A DNA stretch of 11,465 nucleotides. It comes from Candidatus Altarchaeum sp. (GTDB lineage: Archaea; Altiarchaeota; Altiarchaeia; Altiarchaeales; Altiarchaeaceae). The stretch is taken from assembly GCA_018260615.1 (NCBI GenBank), contig JAGWDQ010000032.1, positions 1-11,465 on the forward strand, in the 5' to 3' direction. The notes beneath the pieces were generated by a model, which did not search any database, had not been told where the DNA came from, and worked only from the letters and a program-made list of their open reading frames with translations. Positions 1 through 6,821 of this stretch are shown here, in pieces (the stretch's first letter is position 1; each line of letters begins with the position of its first letter). Both the position numbers and the translations under genes were made by a program.

Positions 1-256
1 TTCTTTTGTTTTCCTAATTTTTTTATATTTTTTTCAAACCTAATATATAATTTTCATTCTTTGTTTCCAATATTAAAAATTTTAAATTTTTACCAGATTT
101 TCCCCGCCAATTTTCCTAAATTTCCCTCCCCGACACATCACACATATTCCCTGAAAGTCAATACATTCTTCGCAACACCTCCTCCCGCACAACTTACAGG
201 TATGCAAATTTCCTGCAAATTTCCCGCAAATATCACAAATTCCCGCAAACATCATA

Positions 257-958
257 CTATAAATTAAAATTTATTCTTTCCGTTTCAAAATTTCCATCCT
301 CAAATTTCAATATCGCACATCCCCTTTTTAATTCCCCGACATTCACAATTCTCGTCTTTCCTATAAAGTCCTCTTTTCCGTAACACTGATGAACATGCGA
401 GCAGAAATTTATTTCCGGCTGAAATTCCTCTATTACCCTTCTTATTGCAGTGCTTCCGGCATGTCTTCCGATGGCAAAATCGCAGTTCGTATTATAGGGC
501 GGGCAATGTGTCAGTAAAATTTTTCTCTCTGATTTTGCTCCCTCAAACAATTTCTTTAAATTTTCATAAATTTCATCCTCGCTATATTCAAAAATTGAGT
601 TAAACGGAGTTATATTTGAGCCGCCGAAAAAGATGAAATCTGTGTTTGTTATTTCATCAACCCTTCCGACTTTGTTATGCTCATTTCCATTAAATTTTTC
701 AAAAATCCTTAAAATTTCCCTTCCGTCACAATTTCCCGGAATTGCATAAATTTTCCTGTGAAGTGCGAGCGTATTTAAAAAATTTTCAACGTTTTCCAGA
801 CATCCAATACATCCGTGCTTTGCAAAATCACCCAATATAAAAATTTCCGAAATTTCTCGTTCTTCTAAAATCCTCTGGATTTTTTCACCTGCAAAATTTC
901 CGTGAATATCCGCAATCACTAAAATTTTTTGTACATATCCTGCACATTGCCTTGACAT
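257..958 (-). CDS. Calcineurin-like metallophosphoesterase (Icc-related family)
   Basis: 233-aa ORF with the five MPP motifs in order: IADIHG, ILGDF, PGNCD, LLTHCPP, SHVH. Confidence 0.9.
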   Translation of the reverse strand: MSRQCAGYVQKILVIADIHGNFAGEKIQRILEEREISEIFILGDFAKHGCIGCLENVENFLNTLALHRKIYAIPGNCDGREILRIFEKFNGNEHNKVGRVDEITNTDFIFFGGSNITPFNSIFEYSEDEIYENLKKLFEGAKSERKILLTHCPPYNTNCDFAIGRHAGSTAIRRVIEEFQPEINFCSHVHQCYGKEDFIGKTRIVNVGELKRGCAILKFEDGNFETERINFNL

Positions 959-970
959 AAATTTTAAAAT

Positions 971-2224
971 TTAAGTTCCTTCTTCCCATGAATTTAAATA
1001 TTTAATCTGCTCATCCGTAAGTTCATCAATTTCAATATTCAGGGTTTTTAACTTCAGCATAGCAACTCTTTTATCAATTTCCTGCGGCATATCATGAACC
1101 TTTACATCAAGTTTATGCTCCGCAATATACTTTACAGCCAGTGCCTGATTTGCAAACGACATATCCATAACCTCACTCGGATGTCCTTCTGCAGCAGATA
1201 AATTTACTAATCGTCCTTCTGCAAGCAGATAAATTTTTTTGTCATTCTTTAATGTATATCTGACAGTATTCTCCCGTATTTCTTTCTTGCTCTCTGATAA
1301 TGACTCAATTGCTTTTATATCTATTTCGCAGTTAAAGTGTCCGGAATTTGACAGTATTGCTCCGTCTTTCATATCTGCAATATGCTCTTTTCTGATAACA
1401 TTAAGATTTCCCGTAGCGGTTATAAATATATCTCCGAGCTTTGCCGCTTCGTCCATTTTCATAACTCTGTATCCGTCCATTACAGCTTCCAGCGATTTTA
1501 TCGCATCTACTTCTGTAATTATAACATTCGCTCCCATTCCGTCTGCTCTTGTTGCTATACCTCTTCCGCACCATCCATAACCGCAAACAACAACATTCTT
1601 GCCGGCAATCAAAACGGATGTCGCTCTTAAAATCCCGTCTATTGTGGATTGTCCAGTTCCATACCTGTTATCAAAAAAGTGTTTTGTCATCGCATTATTT
1701 ACTGCGAGCATAGGATATTTTAATGCATGAGATTTTTCCATTGCATTTAGTCGTATTATTCCGGTTGTTGTTTCCTCGCATCCTCCTTTAATCTTTTTGA
1801 TTAATTCGGGTCTTTCTTTATGAATTACTGTTACAAGGTCGCATCCGTCATCAACAGTAATGTCCGGTTTATGGTCAAGGACATTGCCGATACATTCATA
1901 ATATTCCTCTGTTGATAAGCCCCTCCACGCATAAACATTAACTCCTTCACTTGCTAATGCCGCTGCAACATCATCGTGTGTTGACAAAGGATTACAGCCG
2001 GCAATGGAGACATTTGCACCGCCAGCAATTAATGTTTTAACAAGAACTGCTGTTTCCTTTGTCACATGCAAAGCAAATCCGACAGTTAAATTTTTTAACG
2101 GCTTTGTTTTTTCAAATTCCTTTTTTATTTCCATCAGGACAGGCATGTGCTCTTCCGCCCATTCAATCTTGTTCTTTCCGCTTTCGGCAAGATTTATATC
2201 CTTTACTTTATAGTCGTTCGACAT
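971..2224 (-). CDS. ahcY: S-adenosyl-L-homocysteine hydrolase (adenosylhomocysteinase)
   Basis: 417 aa with AhcY signatures GCNPLSTHDD, EETTTG, KHFFDNRYGTGQS, the NAD-binding GYGWCGRG, NSGHFNCEI, AEGRLVNL and GHPSEVMDMSFANQ. Confidence 0.98.
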   Translation of the reverse strand: MSNDYKVKDINLAESGKNKIEWAEEHMPVLMEIKKEFEKTKPLKNLTVGFALHVTKETAVLVKTLIAGGANVSIAGCNPLSTHDDVAAALASEGVNVYAWRGLSTEEYYECIGNVLDHKPDITVDDGCDLVTVIHKERPELIKKIKGGCEETTTGIIRLNAMEKSHALKYPMLAVNNAMTKHFFDNRYGTGQSTIDGILRATSVLIAGKNVVVCGYGWCGRGIATRADGMGANVIITEVDAIKSLEAVMDGYRVMKMDEAAKLGDIFITATGNLNVIRKEHIADMKDGAILSNSGHFNCEIDIKAIESLSESKKEIRENTVRYTLKNDKKIYLLAEGRLVNLSAAEGHPSEVMDMSFANQALAVKYIAEHKLDVKVHDMPQEIDKRVAMLKLKTLNIEIDELTDEQIKYLNSWEEGT

Positions 2225-2299
2225 TTTTTGAAATTTTATTAAATTTTTATTGTATGAAATTTTATTAATTCAGCTCAAATTTTATTAAATTTTTAAATT

Positions 2300-2455
2300 T
2301 GTCCCTCTACCGCGAGCGTCTGTTATCATTTTTTTATCTAACAGCGGTTATAGTGAGGGTTTTATTTTTGTTTTTATTTTTGTTCCCTTGATTTAACACC
2401 TGCTGTCATTTGAGACATTTTTTTGTTTCTATCCGCATGTTGACCTAATCAAGGG
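2300..2455 (-). ncRNA. Putative double-hairpin box H/ACA guide sRNA (unit 1)
   Basis: Read on the minus strand. Hairpin 2455-2385 has lower stem CCCUUGAUU/AAUCAAGGG, tandem GA...AUGA K-turn-like motif, then A-ACA (2383-2381). An A-rich linker follows. Hairpin 2359-2303 has lower stem CCCUC/GAGGG, an internal pocket, K-loop CUGUUA-GA-UAAAAAAAU-GA-UAACAG, then ACA (2302-2300). Confidence 0.7.
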
Positions 2456-2544
2456 CTGTATAAAATTAAAATTTAAGATAATTAAAGTTTTTAGATAATT
2501 AAAATTTCAAATTTATATTTTAAACATTTATGTTAGCAATCTAA

Positions 2545-2552
2545 TTTATATA
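2545..2552 (+). promoter_or_regulatory. Putative archaeal TATA box for the plus-strand sRNA
   Basis: TTTATATA lies about 20-28 nt upstream of the first paired base of the hairpin at 2573, consistent with archaeal TATA-to-TSS spacing. The AT-rich background weakens this call. Confidence 0.45.
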
Positions 2553-2572
2553 CGGAAATGTCAGCTCGTGTA

Positions 2573-2719
2573 ATCTCTTCGGCGAGCAGGTATGCGAAAG
2601 ATGCAAAGATGAACATATCTCCAAAACAAGAGGTACACTGCACCTGGATGGCCTGTAGGAGCAAGGGACTTAACTTAATGAATAATTGCTAGGACTACCT
2701 GGTGGCAGGTCGCAGGACA
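2573..2719 (+). ncRNA. Putative double-hairpin box H/ACA guide sRNA (unit 2)
   Basis: Hairpin A: AUCUCUU(2573-79)/AAGAGGU(2628-34); pocket CGGCGAGCA / UCCAAAAC; upper stem GGUAUG/CAUAUC; K-loop GA(2596-97)...AUGA(2609-12); ACA at 2635-37, 15 nt from the upper stem. Hairpin B: CUGCACCUG(2638-46)/CAGGU-C-GCAG(2706-15); K-turn GUAG-GA-GCAA ... UUGC-UAG-GA-CUAC; ACA at 2717-19. GC content is clearly above the flanks. Confidence 0.72.
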
Positions 2720-2807
2720 AAATTTAAGATATTAATAAATTTAATATTGTAATTTAAATTAATTATCAAAAATTTGTTGATAAAACTAAATAAATTTAAT
2801 ATAGAAA

Positions 2808-3110
2808 ATGGAATATATGTATGGGGCATTATTGCTGCATAGTGCGGGACAAGCAATAAATGAAGAAAATCTGACAAAGGTATTGACCGGGGCAAATGTA
2901 AAAGTAAATGATGCTATGGTTAAAGCAGTTGTGACATCACTTGAAGGCGTGAATATAGAAGATGTACTTAAAAATGCATCTGCACAGGCAGTAGCACAAC
3001 CTGCACAGGCACAACACGCTGGAAAGAAGGAAGAGAAGAAAGAAGAAGAAAAGGAGGAAAACGCAGCAGAAGAGGATGCAGCAGCGGGATTATCATCATT
3101 GTTCGGTTAA
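2808..3110 (+). CDS. rpl12: 50S ribosomal stalk protein aL12/P1 (acidic)
   Basis: N-terminus MEYMYGALLLHSAGQAINEENL, an Ala/Gln hinge, an acidic EEKKEEEKEE segment and the C-terminal GLSSLFG factor-binding motif. Confidence 0.96.
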   Translation: MEYMYGALLLHSAGQAINEENLTKVLTGANVKVNDAMVKAVVTSLEGVNIEDVLKNASAQAVAQPAQAQHAGKKEEKKEEEKEENAAEEDAAAGLSSLFG

Positions 3111-3139
3111 AATTAAAGGCAAAGGCGAGTAATTTACAG

Positions 3140-3240
3140 GATTATTTTTTATTTTGACCTTTATTTTTTATTCTTATTTTTTTATTATTCTTATTTTTTT
3201 ATTATTTTTATTTCTTTATTATTTTTTCCGTTTTTATTAC
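3140..3240 (+). terminator. Extended oligo-T tract, likely intrinsic terminator of rpl12
   Basis: About 100 nt of T-runs interrupted by A/C directly after the rpl12 stop. Oligo-T termination is established in archaea. Confidence 0.45.
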
Positions 3241-3245
3241 TTCAC

Positions 3246-4415
3246 TTGGAAATGAAAAAAATTTCAGACAGGGTTTGTAAAATAGGCGCATCAGGAATCA
3301 GGAAATTTTTTGACCTCGCCCAAAAAGAGAAAGATATAATTACACTCGGAATCGGTGAGCCTGATTTTGATGTTCCCGAGAAAATCAAGGACAGGGCAAT
3401 AAGGGCGATAGAAAATTCCCGTAATCATTATACATCTAATTATGGAATCATAGAATTAAGGGAAAAAATTTCCAAAAAGTTAAGAAACCGTAATAAAATT
3501 TTTGCCGCTCCCGAAAAGGAAATTTTAATTACCGCCGGAAGTTCAGAGGGCCTGGATTTGGCATTCAGAACAATTGTAAATCCAGACGATGAAATTTTAA
3601 TTCCTTCTCCGAGTTATGTTTCATACATTCCGACCACATTACTTTCCGATGGTATTCCTGTTGTAGTTCCCGCTTATGAAAAAGATGAATTCAGGTTGCT
3701 GCCGGAAGAAATTGAAAAACGAATAACCAAAAGGACAAAGTGCATCGTGCTTGCATCTCCGAATAATCCGACGGGAGCGATATTAAGAAGGAAAGATATT
3801 GAAGAGATTGCAGACATTGCCATAAAGAATGATTTGTTCGTTATAAGTGATGAACTGTATGAATATCTGATTTATGACAATGAGGAACAGTTTAGTATTG
3901 CATCAATTCCCGAAATGCGTGAAAGAACAATTACAGTTAATGGTTTTTCAAAAAGTTATGCAATGACCGGCTTGCGGCTTGGTTATGTTGCGGCAAGTGA
4001 GGAAATTATAGAAGGTATGATGAAAATCCACCAGTACGGAATGCTTTGCGCCCCTTCGGTTTCACAGTATGCGGCCTTGGAATTTGAGAACTGCGAGAAT
4101 GATGTAAAAGCAATGGCTGAAATTTACGAACTGCGGAGAAATTTACTTTACAAGCGGCTGAATGAAATTGAGAATATAAGTGCGGTTAAGCCAAAAGGTG
4201 CCTTTTATATATTTCCGAATATAAAGCAAAGCAGGTTGTCTTCGGAAAATTTTGCAGAACGACTGTTGAAGGAGGCAAAGGTCGTTGTAATTCCCGGAAA
4301 TATATTCGGAAAGGATGGTGAGGGATATGTCAGAATTTCTTATTCCACATCAACAGAAAATATTGAGAAGGCATTAGAACGGATTGAAAAATTTATGGGA
4401 AATTTAAGAAAGTAA
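3246..4415 (+). CDS. PLP-dependent aminotransferase class I/II (aspartate/alanine aminotransferase-like); true start may be ATG 3252
   Basis: Motifs LGIGEPDF, SPNNPTG, SDELYE, the PLP lysine in NGFSKSYAMTGLRLG, and GYVRIS. Confidence 0.93.
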   Translation: MEMKKISDRVCKIGASGIRKFFDLAQKEKDIITLGIGEPDFDVPEKIKDRAIRAIENSRNHYTSNYGIIELREKISKKLRNRNKIFAAPEKEILITAGSSEGLDLAFRTIVNPDDEILIPSPSYVSYIPTTLLSDGIPVVVPAYEKDEFRLLPEEIEKRITKRTKCIVLASPNNPTGAILRRKDIEEIADIAIKNDLFVISDELYEYLIYDNEEQFSIASIPEMRERTITVNGFSKSYAMTGLRLGYVAASEEIIEGMMKIHQYGMLCAPSVSQYAALEFENCENDVKAMAEIYELRRNLLYKRLNEIENISAVKPKGAFYIFPNIKQSRLSSENFAERLLKEAKVVVIPGNIFGKDGEGYVRISYSTSTENIEKALERIEKFMGNLRK

Positions 4416-4437
4416 AAATTTAAACTTAAAATTTAAG

Positions 4438-5700
4438 ATGCTCAAAAGATTAGAAGTCAGGAACTTTAAGAGTTTTAAGAAATTAGAACTGAACTTAGAT
4501 AAATTTAATGTGGTAATTGGAAGTAATGCATCGGGTAAGTCAAATTTTGTTGAAATTTTTAAATTTATAAGAAATATAGTGATATTCGGATTAGAAAATG
4601 CTATATCTATGGAAGGAGGTATTGAGTATCTTAGAAATATGAAAATTGATACATCCGATAATTTCTACTTAAAGATTGTTTCTGACCAGGAAGTTAAAAG
4701 AGCTGTAAGAAAGGAAGGAACAGGCCTGATAGGGATAAAGGTCTATGAAACAACTTATGAGTTTGAGTTGAAGTTCAAAAAAGAAGGTTCGGGATTTAAA
4801 ATTGTCAAAGATAATTTAATTCAGAAATGTAAGTTTGTCAAACTTGTCGGCCAAAGAGAAAAAGAAGAGATTGGAGAAGGAGAAATTATTCTGTCTCGTG
4901 GCACTGACGGAAAGATAAAAAGTGATATATCCTCCAAAGAACAAATTCCGGTAAAAGAAGATGATATTTATCCGCAGTTTTTAAGGGAAGAAAAATTACA
5001 TTACACGGATGCCCTTATCCATATTCTCCAGCCCTTTTTTATTCCTTTAGGGAATAATCTCACAGGCATTTCAGCATACAATTTTGATCCGAGAGCACCT
5101 AAAAAACTTATTCCTATTGCAGGAAAACTTGAATTAGAAGAAGACGGAAGTAATTTACCCCTATGTCTTAAAAATATCATTAAAAACGAAGAGAAAAGAA
5201 AAAAAATTTTAAATTTATTATCTCATTGTTTGCCTTTTATAGAGAAGATTGATGTAGAAGAAAGAGAAGGAAAGTTGCTTCTTAAATTCAAAGAAGAATA
5301 TTTTGCTCAGGATTTGCCTGCATTTCTGACATCTGACGGAACGATAAACATTACTGCGATAATCGTTGCTTTATATTTTAATGATATCCGAAATATTATT
5401 GAAGAACCCGAACAGGAACTGCCGTTAACCATTATTGAGGAACCCGAGCGAAATATTCATCCTTATCTTATCTCTAAGGTAGTGGATATGATGAAGGATG
5501 CTTCACAACATAAACAAATTATCATTACTACTCATAATCCGGAAATATTAAAATATGCGGACTTGAATAATATTTTACTTATTTCCAGAGATAAAGATGG
5601 TTTTTCTACGATTTCCAAACCCGCAGACAAAGAACGGGTAAAAATATTTTTAAAAAATGACATAGGAATAGACGAACTTTATGTCCAAAATTTACTATAA
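4438..5700 (+). CDS. ABC-type ATPase (AAA_21/AAA_15-like, OLD/AriA-related), probable defence component
   Basis: Walker A GSNASGKS near the N-terminus, degenerate signature TSDGT, Walker B IIEEPE, H-loop TTHNP, and a long insertion between Walker A and the signature. No transmembrane segments. Confidence 0.85.
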   Translation: MLKRLEVRNFKSFKKLELNLDKFNVVIGSNASGKSNFVEIFKFIRNIVIFGLENAISMEGGIEYLRNMKIDTSDNFYLKIVSDQEVKRAVRKEGTGLIGIKVYETTYEFELKFKKEGSGFKIVKDNLIQKCKFVKLVGQREKEEIGEGEIILSRGTDGKIKSDISSKEQIPVKEDDIYPQFLREEKLHYTDALIHILQPFFIPLGNNLTGISAYNFDPRAPKKLIPIAGKLELEEDGSNLPLCLKNIIKNEEKRKKILNLLSHCLPFIEKIDVEEREGKLLLKFKEEYFAQDLPAFLTSDGTINITAIIVALYFNDIRNIIEEPEQELPLTIIEEPERNIHPYLISKVVDMMKDASQHKQIIITTHNPEILKYADLNNILLISRDKDGFSTISKPADKERVKIFLKNDIGIDELYVQNLL

Positions 5701-6231
5701 TAATACGATGGATGACAAAAAAATGTTAGTTATCTTTGTTGAGGGCGAGGATGATAAAAATTTCTTTGAGAAAATAGTAACTCCCAAATTAGAATATAAA
5801 TATGAGGTAAGAATATTTGAATATGCCCGCAGGAAAAAAGAGAAAATTTCTGACTTTATTAGAAGTATTAAATCAATGAACGGGGACTATATATATGTAT
5901 CGGATTTTGATAGTGGTGTATAAGTGCAAAAAAAGAGAAAAAATGCGGTGAATATAAAAATATTGAAAAAGATAAAATAATCATAGTAAAACAGGAGATA
6001 GAAAGCTGGTATCTTGCGGGATTAAATGATGCAAATTCCAAAAAATTTAAAATCAAAAAAGTACCTGATGTAACTGATACTGTTACAAAAGAGAAATTTT
6101 ACGAACTAACTATAAAAGAAAGAGATTTAAATTTTATGTTAAAAATTTTAAACAACTTTGATATTGAAACCGCCAAACAAAAAAATCAATCGTTCAAATA
6201 TTTTGTAACAAAATATAAAATTAACGCATAA
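5681..6231 (+). pseudogene. TOPRIM-like (DUF4276/DUF4435-like) ATPase partner split by a 1-nt frameshift near 5914-5920; likely start ATG 5708
   Basis: The 5' frame gives VIFVEGEDD...YVSDFD and stops at 5921-23. The -1 frame, open from 5914 to TAA 6229-31, continues CISAKKEK...IIIVKQEIESWYLAGL...KNQSFKYFVTKY. Joined, the product is about 174 aa. Confidence 0.75.
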
Positions 6232-6252
6232 ACAAAAATAATAAAAAATAAA

Positions 6253-6792
6253 ATGTCTCTGTTTAATATTATAGCGGAAATTTCAAATCCGTTTTTGGAC
6301 GGGGTTTTTAATTTAATAACATCTTCGTATTTTTTGATTCCCGTAATAGTAGCGATAATATTAATTCTTGGCGGGAAAGAAACCAACACAAAATTTAACC
6401 TTAAATCCATAATTTTGCTCGTCCTGCCTGTTTTTCTGGCGGTTATCCTGACCGGAATAGCAACAACAGCAATAAAAGAAGTAGTGCATGAAGACAGGCC
6501 ATGCCAAGTAATGCAGGATATAAATTTTCCTTTCTGTAAGGATTCAAATTCATTTCCAAGCAGACATACGGCAATTGCATTTGCAGCTTTGCCGTTTTTG
6601 GTGTATTTAAGAAAATATTTTGTAGTCATGCTTATTTATGCAACGATGGTTGGTATCGGGATGATTTATCTGGGGCAGCATTATCCTCATGATGTGCTCG
6701 CGGGATTCGTGATTGGTTTTGGAATTGGATATTTGTTTTTGCTGAAAAGTAGGTGGATTGCTGAAAAATGCGGTAAAATTTTAAAATTTTAA
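6253..6792 (+). CDS. PAP2-family membrane phosphatase (lipid/polyprenyl-phosphate phosphatase-like) with variant motifs
   Basis: Hydrophobic 179 aa. Motif 1 KEVVHEDRP (Kx6RP), motif 2 FPSRH (canonical PSGH), motif 3 GMIYLGQHYPHD (canonical SRx5Hx3D). Confidence 0.85.
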   Translation: MSLFNIIAEISNPFLDGVFNLITSSYFLIPVIVAIILILGGKETNTKFNLKSIILLVLPVFLAVILTGIATTAIKEVVHEDRPCQVMQDINFPFCKDSNSFPSRHTAIAFAALPFLVYLRKYFVVMLIYATMVGIGMIYLGQHYPHDVLAGFVIGFGIGYLFLLKSRWIAEKCGKILKF

Positions 6793-6821
6793 CTTTTTAA
6801 CCGAATTTCACATAAGATAAA

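Noticed and set aside
61-267. 68-aa plus-strand ORF
   Set aside because: TTG start, low-complexity Pro/Phe/Asn sequence driven by the C/T-rich repeats, and no recognisable motif.
1239-2268. Short ORFs overlapping ahcY (1239-1580, 1382-1630, 1401-1586, 2004-2213, 2059-2268)
   Set aside because: Antisense or alternative-frame shadows of a highly conserved gene.
2345-2354. Plus-strand GGTTATAGT complementary to 23S helix 69 (ACUAUAACC)
   Set aside because: In that orientation the hairpin has neither GA/GA K-loop nor ACA, and the other pocket strand does not fit H69.
2300-2455. SAM/SAH riboswitch upstream of ahcY
   Set aside because: The position is suggestive, but no SAM-I/II or SAH consensus was recognisable. 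K-loop plus ACA after both hairpins fits H/ACA better.
2558-2692. 44-aa ORF MSARVISS...NNC
   Set aside because: No recognisable family, and the region is better explained by base-paired H/ACA hairpins.
2560-2720. SRP RNA, RNase P RNA or 5S rRNA
   Set aside because: UGUAAUC and GGCC-UGUA-GGAGCA superficially recall SRP, but the CAGG/GNRA helix 8 motif is missing and the region is too short. There is no RNase P P4 (GAGGAAAGUCC) and no 5S CCGAAC loop.
2695-2895. 66-aa minus-strand ORF
   Set aside because: Overlaps rpl12 antisense and AT-rich promoter DNA, with no motifs.
5868-6629. Minus-strand ORFs 5868-6056 and 6186-6629
   Set aside because: Shadows of the frameshifted TOPRIM-like gene and the PAP2 gene.
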